Shown: positions 10,414-20,667 of the stretch, piece after piece
How positions within the stretch are numbered: the stretch's first letter is position 1
Layout of the letters: each line of letters begins with the position of its first letter
Source of the DNA: Trypanosoma brucei
Lineage: Eukaryota
Reading direction: 5' to 3'
Assembly (NCBI GenBank): GCA_000002445.1
Contig: CH464491.1
Location: 4,032,001 to 4,096,000, forward strand
Length of the DNA stretch: 64,000 nucleotides
The notes under the pieces: model-generated
What the model saw: only the letters and a program-made list of their open reading frames with translations
Told to the model about the DNA's origin: nothing
Database searches by the model: none
Program-made: the position numbers and the translations under genes

Positions 10414-13400
10414 TTATCCTATGAATTTAAGTCTCAACTCGCGCCGTTGCTTCTTCTTGAACGGCCCTTGCCGTCCTTCCGCAGCAGCTTCTACAGTGGT
10501 ACCTTCTTCAACGGGGCCAAATTTAGCCCCGCAACCGCTGGGTGTCACGCCAAATGGATTAGTATAGCCATCAAACTTTTCGTCGCTGCGACCATTCACT
10601 GTTGCGTTATCGCGGGACTTAATCGGTGTGGAAACATCTTCCCCATCTCTACTGGATAATAAAAACGGTAGCTGCGGTAAAGTTGCAGCGTCCAACGTAA
10701 CTGGAGGCCTGACTTCTTGCTGTTTACGATATTTACTAAGAAGTACCGAAGAAGCAATGCCAGCCCCACCATCTACTGAACAGGATGAGCTCAATGGAGT
10801 ATCAGCAGTGGCTGTAAGCTTCTGACCGATACCACAAAGCGTCTTCCTTGAGTCGTTCACAAGGAGGAAACACGCCTCAAAAATGGGAGCGTCACAAACG
10901 TTAAGGGGTAACGACCTCAGCAAGCAGTACTGAAGTTTCTGCAAAGCTACAGTTAACTTTGCAACAGTGAAACCCGTCAGTTTCCCCCAAGCATCGAAGC
11001 GTTGGGAATACCACGAGCAAAGAGACGCCACTACCAAGATATTGTGGCGTAGCGCTTCAACGACCTCAACCAGCCGCCTGCTCTCTTCATCCCATACAGC
11101 TGTAAATGAAATCGCTCTTTGAAGTCCAACACCAACAACATCGCAAAGAGCCTTCAAGGGTCCAAAGGAAAACGGCAACTCGGGCGCAGAGCATTTAGAT
11201 TTCGACGTCACGGGAGAATAAAATTTATCATCAACAGATAATTTCGCACCTGGAACAATACCTAACTTTTTTGTAACATTCTGGATAAACAACATACGCT
11301 GCTGAGAAAGCACAACAGCATCCGATACGTCAAATTCAAACGAACGCAACTTGTCAAGCACGTTACGAACACCAACACGCAGTTGCTTCGCAACAGAACC
11401 ACGACGAAAAGACGACACAGCAGGGCAACCAACCAAAGAGAAAACGCCACGATCAGAACAAGAAAACTGACTAAAAACAGTATTCACCAACTGTTCTTCA
11501 TCCGAACAAAAGGATATTTTCATATCATCCACAAATAAACGACGAGACATATCAACAACATCAACATCAACTTCGCAACAGTACTGTTCCTTCCCTATAT
11601 CCACCAAACGCGTTACGCACATTTCAGACGCCTGTACACGTTCACGCTCATTTTGTAATTCAGTACGAAGTGATTCCACCTCATGGGTGTATCGAACACG
11701 CTGTTCCTCCATAGCTATCTCAAGAGTTGAAAGTTGTTCCCGATGCAATTTCTCCATACCTTCATGGTTCTCTTGTACAACTTTCTCAGACGCCTGTACA
11801 CGTTCACGCTCATTTTGTAATTCAGTACGAAGTGATTCCACCTCATGGGTGTATCGAACACGCTGTTCCTCCATAGCTATCTCAAGAGTTAAAAGTTGTT
11901 CCCGATGCAATTTCTCCATACCTTCATGGTTCTCTTGTACAACTTTCTCAGACGCCTGTACACGTTCACGCTCATTTTGTAATTCAGTACGAAGTGATTC
12001 CACCTCATGGGTGTATCGAACACGCTGTTCCTCCATAGCTATTTCAAGAGCTAAAAGTTGTTCCCGATGCAATTTCTCCATACCTTCATGGTTCTCTTGT
12101 GCAACTTTCTCAGACGCCTGTACACGTTCACGCTCATTTTGTAATTCAGTACGAAGTGATTCCACCTCATGGGTGTATCGAACACGCTGTTCCTCCATAG
12201 CTATTTCAAGAGTTGAAAGTTGTTCCCGATGCAATTTCTCCATACCTTCATGGTTCTCTTGTGCAACTTTCTCAGACGCCTGTACACGTTCACGCTCATT
12301 TTGTAATTCAGTACGAAGTGATTCCACCTCATGGGTGTATCGAACACGCTGTTCCTCCATAGCTATTTCAAGAGTTGAAAGTTGTTCCCGATGCAATTTC
12401 TCCATACCTTCATGGTTCTCTTGTGCAACTTTCTCAGACGCCTGTACACGTTCACGCTCATTTTGTAATTCAGTACGAAGTGATTCCACCTCATGGGTGT
12501 ATCGAACACGCTGTTCCTCCATAGCTATTTCAAGAGCTAAAAGTTGTTCCCGATGCAATTTCTCCATACCTTCATGGTTCTCTTGTGCAACTTTCTCAGA
12601 CGCCTGTACACGTTCACGCTCATTTTGTAATTCAGTACGAAGTGATTCCACCTCATGGGTGTATCGAACACGCTGTTCCTCCATAGCTATTTCAAGAGCT
12701 AAAAGTTGTTCCCGATGCAATTTCTCCATACCTTCATGGTTCTCTTGTGCAACTTTCTCAGACGCCTGTACACGTTCACGCTCATTTTGTAATTCAGTAC
12801 GAAGTGATTCCACCTCATGGGTGTATCGAACACGCTGTTCCTCCATAGCTATTTCAAGAGTTGAAAGTTGTTCCCGATGCAATTTCTCCATACCTTCATG
12901 GTTCTCTTGTGCAACTTTCTCAGACGCCTGTACACGTTCACGCTCATTTTGTAATTCAGTACGAAGTGATTCCACCTCATGGGTGTATCGAACACGCTGT
13001 TCCTCCATGGCTATTTCAAGAGCTAAAAGTTGTTCCCGATGCAATTTCTCCATACCTTCATGGTTCTCTTGTGCAACTTTCTCAGACGCCTGTACACGTT
13101 CACGCTCATTTTGTAATTCAGTACGAAGTGATTCCACCTCATGGGTGTATCGAACACGCTGTTCCTCCATAGCTATTTCAAGAGTTGAAAGTTGTTCCCG
13201 ATGCAATTTCTCCATACCTTCATGGTTCTCTTGTGCAACTTTCTCAGACGCCTGTACACGTTCACGCTCATTTTGTAATTCAGTACGAAGTGATTCCACC
13301 TCATGGGTGTATCGAACACGCTGTTCCTCCATAGCTATTTCAAGAGCTAAAAGTTGTTCCCGATGCAATTTCTCCATACCTTCATGGTTCTCTTGTGCAA

Positions 13401-16400
13401 CTTTCTCAGACGCCTGTACACGTTCACGCTCATTTTGTAATTCAGTACGAAGTGATTCCACCTCATGGGTGTATCGAACACGCTGTTCCTCCATAGCTAT
13501 TTCAAGAGCTAAAAGTTGTTCCCGATGCAATTTCTCCATACCTTCATGGTTCTCTTGTGCAACTTTCTCAGACGCCTGTACACGTTCACGCTCATTTTGT
13601 AATTCAGTACGAAGTGATTCCACCTCATGGGTGTATCGAACACGCTGTTCCTCCATAGCTATTTCAAGAGCTAAAAGTTGTTCCCGATGCAATTTCTCCA
13701 TACCTTCATGGTTCTCTTGTGCAACTTTCTCAGACGCCTGTACACGTTCACGCTCATTTTGTAATTCAGTACGAAGTGATTCCACCTCATGGGTGTATCG
13801 AACACGCTGTTCCTCCATAGCTATTTCAAGAGTTGAAAGTTGTTCCCGATGCAATTTCTCCATACCTTCATGGTTCTCTTGTGCAACTTTCTCAGACGCC
13901 TGTACACGTTCACGCTCATTTTGTAATTCAGTACGAAGTGATTCCACCTCATGGGTGTATCGAACACGCTGTTCCTCCATAGCTATTTCAAGAGCTAAAA
14001 GTTGTTCCCGATGCAATTTCTCCATACCTTCATGGTTCTCTTGTGCAACTTTCTCAGACGCCTGTACACGTTCACGCTCATTTTGTAATTCAGTACGAAG
14101 TGATTCCACCTCATGGGTGTATCGAACACGCTGTTCCTCCATAGCTATTTCAAGAGTTGAAAGTTGTTCCCGATGCAATTTCTCCATACCTTCATGGTTC
14201 TCTTGTGCAACTTTCTCAGACGCCTGTACACGTTCACGCTCATTTTGTAATTCAGTACGAAGTGATTCCACCTCATGGGTGTATCGAACACGCTGTTCCT
14301 CCATAGCTATTTCAAGAGCTAAAAGTTGTTCCCGATGCAATTTCTCCATACCTTCATGGTTCTCTTGTGCAACTTTCTCAGACGCCTGTACACGTTCACG
14401 CTCATTTTGTAATTCAGTACGAAGTGATTCCACCTCATGGGTGTATCGAACACGCTGTTCCTCCATAGCTATTTCAAGAGTTGAAAGTTGTTCCCGATGC
14501 AATTTCTCCATACCTTCATGGTTCTCTTGTGCAACTTTCTCAGACGCCTGTACACGTTCACGCTCATTTTGTAATTCAGTACGAAGTGATTCCACCTCAT
14601 GGGTGTATCGAACACGCTGTTCCTCCATAGCTATTTCAAGAGCTAAAAGTTGTTCCCGATGCAATTTCTCCATACCTTCATGGTTCTCTTGTGCAACTTT
14701 CTCAGACGCCTGTACACGTTCACGCTCATTTTGTAATTCAGTACGAAGTGATTCCACCTCATGGGTGTATCGAACACGCTGTTCCTCCATAGCTATTTCA
14801 AGAGCTAAAAGTTGTTCCCGATGCAATTTCTCCATACCTTCATGGTTCTCTTGTACAACTTTCTCAGACGCCTGTACACGTTCACGCTCATTTTGTAATT
14901 CAGTACGAAGTGATTCCACCTCATGGGTGTATCGAACACGCTGTTCCTCCATAGCTATTTCAAGAGCTAAAAGTTGTTCCCGATGCAATTTCTCCATACC
15001 TTCATGGTTCTCTTGTGCAACTTTCTCAGACGCCTGTACACGTTCACGCTCATTTTGTAATTCAGTACGAAGTGATTCCACCTCATGGGTGTATCGAACA
15101 CGCTGTTCCTCCATAGCTATTTCAAGAGCTAAAAGTTGTTCCCGATGCAATTTCTCCATACCTTCATGGTTCTCTTGTGCAACTTTCTCAGACGCCTGTA
15201 CACGTTCACGCTCATTTTGTAATTCAGTACGAAGTGATTCCACCTCATGGGTGTATCGAACACGCTGTTCCTCCATAGCTATTTCAAGAGCTAAAAGTTG
15301 TTCCCGATGCAATTTCTCCATACCTTCATGGTTCTCTTGTGCAACTTTCTCAGACGCCTGTACACGTTCACGCTCATTTTGTAATTCAGTACGAAGTGAT
15401 TCCACCTCATGGGTGTATCGAACACGCTGTTCCTCCATAGCTATTTCAAGAGCTAAAAGTTGTTCCCGATGCAATTTCTCCATACCTTCATGGTTCTCTT
15501 GTGCAACTTTCTCAGACGCCTGTACACGTTCACGCTCATTTTGTAATTCAGTACGAAGTGATTCCACCTCATGGGTGTATCGAACACGCTGTTCCTCCAT
15601 AGCTATTTCAAGAGCTAAAAGTTGTTCCCGATGCAATTTCTCCATACCTTCATGGTTCTCTTGTGCAACTTTCTCAGACGCCTGTACACGTTCACGCTCA
15701 TTTTGTAATTCAGTACGAAGTGATTCCACCTCATGGGTGTATCGAACACGCTGTTCCTCCATAGCTATTTCAAGAGTTGAAAGTTGTTCCCGATGCAATT
15801 TCTCCATACCTTCATGGTTCTCTTGTGCAACTTTCTCAGACGCCTGTACACGTTCACGCTCATTTTGTAATTCAGTACGAAGTGATTCCACCTCATGGGT
15901 GTATCGAACACGCTGTTCCTCCATAGCTATTTCAAGAGCTAAAAGTTGTTCCCGATGCAATTTCTCCATACCTTCATGGTTCTCTTGTGCAACTTTCTCA
16001 GACGCCTGTACACGTTCACGCTCATTTTGTAATTCAGTACGAAGTGATTCCACCTCATGGGTGTATCGAACACGCTGTTCCTCCATAGCTATTTCAAGAG
16101 CTAAAAGTTGTTCCCGATGCAATTTCTCCATACCTTCATGGTTCTCTTGTGCAACTTTCTCAGACGCCTGTACACGTTCACGCTCATTTTGTAATTCAGT
16201 ACGAAGTGATTCCACCTCATGGGTGTATCGAACACGCTGTTCCTCCATAGCTATTTCAAGAGTTGAAAGTTTTTCTTTATATTTTTTTTGTTCATTTTGT
16301 TTTTTCGTATTTAAGTTTTCAATGTGTTTATGGTGTTGCTGCTCTTTTGCCTTAATGATGTTTGAAAGTTCCTGTTCCCTTTCGCACTGTGCCGCTAATG

Positions 16401-17295
16401 TTAGTTTCATTGCTATTATTTGTTCTTGGTGGCTTGTTTGAATATCTGCGAGAGTTAGAGTGCCTTGTTTGACTTCTGCGGCTTCCGTATTTTGTATCAT
16501 GTCTCTTAGTGTTTGATGCAGTATCTTTATGTTTTCTCGTAAAGCTGCCTGTTCTTCTTTGTCTATATTATTTTCTTTTATTTTTATTTCTCGTAAACGT
16601 CGTTCGTACTCTTCTTTGGTTTTTGTCATTTCTATTTCCTTTTCTTGTAGTGTGAGTTGAGATTGTTGTAGCTGTGTTGTGGATCGTTGAAGTTTCCTTT
16701 CATGTTCGTGTAGTGCTGCCTTTAATGCACTATTTTCCTGTTGTATTCTTTCGTGTTCATTTTGCAGGATTGCCGTTAGTTGTGAATTTTCTTCATAGTT
16801 TTGAAGCTTTTGTCGGACGCTTTCTAGTTCCTTTACCGTGCTATCGCGCTCACACTTCGTTTTGTGGAATTCTTCTCGCAAGTGTTCAAGGTTAACATCT
16901 GTGTCTTTATAAGTAGTAAAACCCTGCTGCATTGTGTGCGGAGAAAGCGTGTGATCCATTGCGTCTGTCTCGCTAGGTGCTGAGCTGCCAGCGGTGCTCT
17001 CTGGAGCAAGTCCCTCTCGGCGCTTGTAATAATAAATTATGGTACGCCACAGCTTAGCGATGCGGTTTGCCGTTGCAGCTGCTTTGGGTGAGCCGTTAGG
17101 TAACGAAAGGTACGCTGTCAGTGATGTCAGCGCCATGTAAATATCGGCCATGGCTTCTGGTAAGTCATGCGCAGCGCTGCTTGTGAGTTTGTACTGTGCA
17201 TCCCTAAGCGAATTTCCAATTCGCGCTTCTATAGTCCTTCGACTGCCTTCGATATCGCTCGTGTTTTCTATTAACTGAGCGTCCTTGAAACTCAT
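10414..17295 (-). CDS. Giant charged repeat protein (2293 aa) with about 28.6 tandem 54-aa repeats; coiled-coil/cytoskeletal-type repetitive antigen candidate.
   Basis: Unique N-terminal domain (about 345 aa). Then repeats of LEIAMEEQRVRYTHEVESLRTELQNERERVQASEKVAQENHEGMEKLHREQLLA. Then a unique 404-aa C-terminal domain. Single uninterrupted minus-strand ORF. Confidence 0.8.
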   Translation of the reverse strand: MSFKDAQLIENTSDIEGSRRTIEARIGNSLRDAQYKLTSSAAHDLPEAMADIYMALTSLTAYLSLPNGSPKAAATANRIAKLWRTIIYYYKRREGLAPESTAGSSAPSETDAMDHTLSPHTMQQGFTTYKDTDVNLEHLREEFHKTKCERDSTVKELESVRQKLQNYEENSQLTAILQNEHERIQQENSALKAALHEHERKLQRSTTQLQQSQLTLQEKEIEMTKTKEEYERRLREIKIKENNIDKEEQAALRENIKILHQTLRDMIQNTEAAEVKQGTLTLADIQTSHQEQIIAMKLTLAAQCEREQELSNIIKAKEQQHHKHIENLNTKKQNEQKKYKEKLSTLEIAMEEQRVRYTHEVESLRTELQNERERVQASEKVAQENHEGMEKLHREQLLALEIAMEEQRVRYTHEVESLRTELQNERERVQASEKVAQENHEGMEKLHREQLLALEIAMEEQRVRYTHEVESLRTELQNERERVQASEKVAQENHEGMEKLHREQLSTLEIAMEEQRVRYTHEVESLRTELQNERERVQASEKVAQENHEGMEKLHREQLLALEIAMEEQRVRYTHEVESLRTELQNERERVQASEKVAQENHEGMEKLHREQLLALEIAMEEQRVRYTHEVESLRTELQNERERVQASEKVAQENHEGMEKLHREQLLALEIAMEEQRVRYTHEVESLRTELQNERERVQASEKVAQENHEGMEKLHREQLLALEIAMEEQRVRYTHEVESLRTELQNERERVQASEKVAQENHEGMEKLHREQLLALEIAMEEQRVRYTHEVESLRTELQNERERVQASEKVVQENHEGMEKLHREQLLALEIAMEEQRVRYTHEVESLRTELQNERERVQASEKVAQENHEGMEKLHREQLLALEIAMEEQRVRYTHEVESLRTELQNERERVQASEKVAQENHEGMEKLHREQLSTLEIAMEEQRVRYTHEVESLRTELQNERERVQASEKVAQENHEGMEKLHREQLLALEIAMEEQRVRYTHEVESLRTELQNERERVQASEKVAQENHEGMEKLHREQLSTLEIAMEEQRVRYTHEVESLRTELQNERERVQASEKVAQENHEGMEKLHREQLLALEIAMEEQRVRYTHEVESLRTELQNERERVQASEKVAQENHEGMEKLHREQLSTLEIAMEEQRVRYTHEVESLRTELQNERERVQASEKVAQENHEGMEKLHREQLLALEIAMEEQRVRYTHEVESLRTELQNERERVQASEKVAQENHEGMEKLHREQLLALEIAMEEQRVRYTHEVESLRTELQNERERVQASEKVAQENHEGMEKLHREQLLALEIAMEEQRVRYTHEVESLRTELQNERERVQASEKVAQENHEGMEKLHREQLSTLEIAMEEQRVRYTHEVESLRTELQNERERVQASEKVAQENHEGMEKLHREQLLALEIAMEEQRVRYTHEVESLRTELQNERERVQASEKVAQENHEGMEKLHREQLSTLEIAMEEQRVRYTHEVESLRTELQNERERVQASEKVAQENHEGMEKLHREQLLALEIAMEEQRVRYTHEVESLRTELQNERERVQASEKVAQENHEGMEKLHREQLLALEIAMEEQRVRYTHEVESLRTELQNERERVQASEKVAQENHEGMEKLHREQLSTLEIAMEEQRVRYTHEVESLRTELQNERERVQASEKVAQENHEGMEKLHREQLSTLEIAMEEQRVRYTHEVESLRTELQNERERVQASEKVAQENHEGMEKLHREQLLALEIAMEEQRVRYTHEVESLRTELQNERERVQASEKVVQENHEGMEKLHREQLLTLEIAMEEQRVRYTHEVESLRTELQNERERVQASEKVVQENHEGMEKLHREQLSTLEIAMEEQRVRYTHEVESLRTELQNERERVQASEMCVTRLVDIGKEQYCCEVDVDVVDMSRRLFVDDMKISFCSDEEQLVNTVFSQFSCSDRGVFSLVGCPAVSSFRRGSVAKQLRVGVRNVLDKLRSFEFDVSDAVVLSQQRMLFIQNVTKKLGIVPGAKLSVDDKFYSPVTSKSKCSAPELPFSFGPLKALCDVVGVGLQRAISFTAVWDEESRRLVEVVEALRHNILVVASLCSWYSQRFDAWGKLTGFTVAKLTVALQKLQYCLLRSLPLNVCDAPIFEACFLLVNDSRKTLCGIGQKLTATADTPLSSSCSVDGGAGIASSVLLSKYRKQQEVRPPVTLDAATLPQLPFLLSSRDGEDVSTPIKSRDNATVNGRSDEKFDGYTNPFGVTPSGCGAKFGPVEEGTTVEAAAEGRQGPFKKKQRRELRLKFIG
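11625..16260. repeat. 162-bp tandem repeat array, about 28.6 near-identical copies (coding, inside the 2293-aa gene).
   Basis: Period measured directly: the motif gtatcgaacacg ends at 11700 and again at 11862, 162 bp apart. Units differ at only 2 to 3 positions (agttgaaag/agctaaaag, ttgtgcaac/ttgtacaac, ccatagctat/ccatggctat). Confidence 0.9.
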
Positions 17296-18112
17296 TTTCC
17301 TTTTTCTGTTTGACGGCGACGATAAGTGTAGGGGGAGGTGGCACCTTGGAGGAACCGCCGCTACGACGCTCTCCTGTCTGCTTCCCCTTCTCGGAGAAAA
17401 GAAAAACGATTACCCAGCTAAGGTGTCCGATACTATTGAGAAAAGTGGTGCAGGGTGAGTTTAAGAAGTCACTTTAAACAACAAACTGTATTGATAACAA
17501 CAACACAAATAAACTAGGATGGTGTCGCACTGGAGGTTAGTCACCGTCACTAATGTGCCAAATACAAATGCCGTAGCAGTCTACTACACTTATTAATGCT
17601 CGTTTCGTTAAGCGTGCCAAATCCATGCGATAACCCCCACCACCTCGCCGAAACAGCCCCTCAATGACCGTTATCCGCCGCTTGAAGCACCGTGGGAGAG
17701 CTCGAACAACCCTCTTCTTCGTTGCTGCTGCCTTGACGACATTCACCAGGGCGACTCTGCATCTCCTTTTGTGCGCCCAACAGAACTTGAGTAAAAGGAC
17801 TCAAGTGACTAATTACTGTGCATGTTTTTCCGGGCCCTGGCGTAGCCGCTTCTGAGGTTTGCAGTTGAGGTGGACATAATCCAAGGCGACACGCCTCCTC
17901 CTCCTTCCCACGACAATCAGAAAAGGGACTGGAAGGGGATGAAACACGTGCCCATCGTGGGGGAGAGGGTGACGACTCAAAAATACCTGCAGCGACCTCC
18001 TTAGGTCACTTAACGCAGAGATATGTGGGAGTCAGGCGACATTTCCAGCGACACCGAATAACGTCTAAATTAGCATGGTGTCTTTAATACGAAAAATGTT
18101 TACGCCCGACTG

Positions 18113-20359
18113 TTAAGACTTCGGAAAAGCCATTCCAACAAATTGCCCATCTTCTGTCCACTGTTTTTTTGTTTTCTGTGCCTCGTAGTACCTCTTCGCC
18201 TCCATCCGACGTTTGTTCAGGGACTTTAACTTCCCCTTAACATACTCCTGCTGCTTCTCTTCCACGGAGCTGCTTGGGAGTGAGACACTCGGCACCGCTG
18301 ATAGGGCAAAGCTCCGCGCCAGTCCCTCCAAGTCTAGCCGGTGAACGTTGAATATGTTTTGAAGGAGGTGACTCTGGTATGCGCCCACGTGAGCTCGGAA
18401 CGCACTTACGGAACTCTTCGCCACGATGGGATCCAACTGCAGTACGTGTTCCAACTTCATCTGGATGGGGGGGAGCTTGGCTGGCATTGGGTACTTTTCA
18501 AGTGAAATACCAAACTTTGAGAGGTAACGCACAAAGCCCGCCTCCTCAGGAGTCAGAAACAGTAACGCATTACCGACATTACCAGCGCGAGCTGTGCGCC
18601 CAATGCGATGCACGTATTCTGTGGGGTCAAGAGGGGGATCGTACTGCAGAATCCACTCCACATCCGGAATATCTAAACCGCGAGCGGCAACGTCGGTACA
18701 AAGCAGCACGCCGGTTGTCCATTCATTGAACGCTTGAAATGCCGCCACGCGCTGGCGGTGCTTCATTTGTCCATGCAGCATTATCACTTCATTATGGAAC
18801 CCAACGGATCCCAACATTTGAAAGTGAAATATAGTGCTGGCCACCGTAGAGCAGAACACCATCGCCTTCGATGTGCGGGCAACGCGCTTGACAAACGCGT
18901 ACAAGCAGAGTAAGCGTTCATGCACAGGGGTAATGTGGCAGAACTGTCGAAGAGTGTCCGGAATGGGTTTGATGTCACCTCCCGCCTCATTGCCACCAGT
19001 GTCTGACGCTCGCCCTCTTTTAAGCTGGTCATCAACATCCGGATCATCATAAGAGCAGTACGGTGGAAAGGTGGCAGATGCAGCATCAACACAACCCGCA
19101 GCTACCGCAGAATCAAAAGCTTCGGTACCTAATTGTACCGGAATCGGGGCACTGCCTGTTGTCGTGATGAAGAGTGGCTTGCGAGAAAGCGAAAGCCGGG
19201 CCAACTCCCCAATAGACTTCGAGTTAGTTGCTGAAAACAAATACGTCTGACGGGAGCGCGGCAGTCGCTGAACAATGGCATCAAGGCTTCTCTGAAAACC
19301 GTCGGCCAGCATTCGGTCTGCTTCGTCCAGAACGAGAGCGCGTAGCCGGGAGAGATCCCACCCCGAGCAATGCTGAACATGGTCATGTATACGTCCCGGC
19401 GTTCCAACCACTATGGAAACGCCTGAGTTAAGTTGCCGCCGTTCCTCTGACACTTTTGTACCCCCAGTAATGAGGTGTACGGAAAACGCAGCAATATCAC
19501 TAGAAATGTGTTGACATATCCCCCTCAGCACATCATGTGTTTGTACGCACAGCTCTTTGGTGGGGGAAAGCATTAAACTGTACGTGACATTCGGCCGCTT
19601 ACTTACGAGACCGATGATGGAATGAAGCACCGGCACACAGAAGGCTAGTGTTTTCCCTGAACCAGTCTGCGCCTGACCGAGGAGATCGTAGCCCTGAAGG
19701 GCATAGGGTATAACTCGCTCCTGAATGGGTGTCATTCGGCAAAATCCCTCCTGCTGAAGTGCTTGAACAACGTTTTCATTAACCCCAATAAGCGGGTGGT
19801 TAAATCGTGCACCAGTCTCAACCTTCTTTCGTACCCTACGAACTCTGGCTTCATCATCCAAAACTTCAGTGATGTTGCTAAGTCTCGTACCTGCCTTCGC
19901 ACCCCCAGTGTTGAAAAGGGTCTGGAAATCCTCTTCATTGTCAAAATGATGCAACAGCAACTTATCCGTCTCAGAAGCAGTGTCTTTCTGTCCTTCCCTG
20001 CTCCTTGTCTTTCGAAGATGTGTTGTGCGGCGATTGGCGTGTTCTTCTGCGAGGCGGTCGAGATACTCCGTGTCTTGCATGTTGTACAATTCTGTTTTCT
20101 TAATAAGCAACTTACCGTGAGGACCTACCGGTGGGCGAAACGGGCCACTTCCCATCACCATTACATCATCGGCGCCGGAGTCGACTTCTTCCTCCCCTTC
20201 TTCCACGTACTCGTTGTCCAATCCTGCCTTGCCATTGGCAGCTTTTGCCTCTCGCTCCCGTTGGCGCTTCCTACGACCCTTGATGCCCATTTGGTTGCGA
20301 CACCCCCGCACTTTACACACGTTTCCCTTGTGTGTTTGATATTTCAATGCGGTATGCAC
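18113..20359 (-). CDS. ATP-dependent DEAD-box RNA helicase, DDX10/Dbp4-like (ribosome biogenesis type).
   Basis: Q motif FCRMTPIQ, motif I AQTGSGKT, Ia PTKELC, II VLDEAD, III SAT and VI HRIGRTARAG. YLFSATNSKSIGELARLSL resembles the Dbp4/DDX10 signature. An alternative start is Met24 (ATG at 20290). Confidence 0.8.
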   Translation of the reverse strand: MHTALKYQTHKGNVCKVRGCRNQMGIKGRRKRQREREAKAANGKAGLDNEYVEEGEEEVDSGADDVMVMGSGPFRPPVGPHGKLLIKKTELYNMQDTEYLDRLAEEHANRRTTHLRKTRSREGQKDTASETDKLLLHHFDNEEDFQTLFNTGGAKAGTRLSNITEVLDDEARVRRVRKKVETGARFNHPLIGVNENVVQALQQEGFCRMTPIQERVIPYALQGYDLLGQAQTGSGKTLAFCVPVLHSIIGLVSKRPNVTYSLMLSPTKELCVQTHDVLRGICQHISSDIAAFSVHLITGGTKVSEERRQLNSGVSIVVGTPGRIHDHVQHCSGWDLSRLRALVLDEADRMLADGFQRSLDAIVQRLPRSRQTYLFSATNSKSIGELARLSLSRKPLFITTTGSAPIPVQLGTEAFDSAVAAGCVDAASATFPPYCSYDDPDVDDQLKRGRASDTGGNEAGGDIKPIPDTLRQFCHITPVHERLLCLYAFVKRVARTSKAMVFCSTVASTIFHFQMLGSVGFHNEVIMLHGQMKHRQRVAAFQAFNEWTTGVLLCTDVAARGLDIPDVEWILQYDPPLDPTEYVHRIGRTARAGNVGNALLFLTPEEAGFVRYLSKFGISLEKYPMPAKLPPIQMKLEHVLQLDPIVAKSSVSAFRAHVGAYQSHLLQNIFNVHRLDLEGLARSFALSAVPSVSLPSSSVEEKQQEYVKGKLKSLNKRRMEAKRYYEAQKTKKQWTEDGQFVGMAFPKS

Positions 20360-20667
20360 TTTACCGCCCTACCTGCCCCAGTAGGCCTAACCTCATTATT
20401 GCGAATGTTGCAAGTGAGTGGATGGATCAAGGGAAAGAAAAATGCACGTAACAACATACAAGTAGAGGTCGTAAAGACTAAATTTATCCAATCACTAATT
20501 ACTACATCCATTTATGCGCCTGTCTGTATGGCTCTCGCGAAACAAGTATCTATGAACACCCCATGTGAAGAAATCAGCAGTATATCCACGCAACCACCAT
20601 CCACACTTCCCGTGGAAAGCACGCAATCCCTACAAGATCTCGTTGTCACACACCAACCCTAACGTAA

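Noticed and set aside
11625-16260. Possibility that the tandem arrays are CRISPR-like or satellite or mobile-element repeats.
   Set aside because: There are no spacers between the units; they are head-to-tail and in-frame coding repeats. They lie inside a single long ORF with unique termini, in a eukaryotic, polycistronic context. No terminal inverted repeats, transposase or RT ORFs are nearby.
11687-16441. 1584-aa plus-strand ORF and the 103-aa ORF at 12861..13172.
   Set aside because: They lie entirely within the 162-bp repeat array on the strand opposite to the 2293-aa gene. Their repetitive Cys/Ser-rich translation is a by-product of the repeat having no antisense stop. The coherent gene, with unique N- and C-terminal domains, is on the minus strand.
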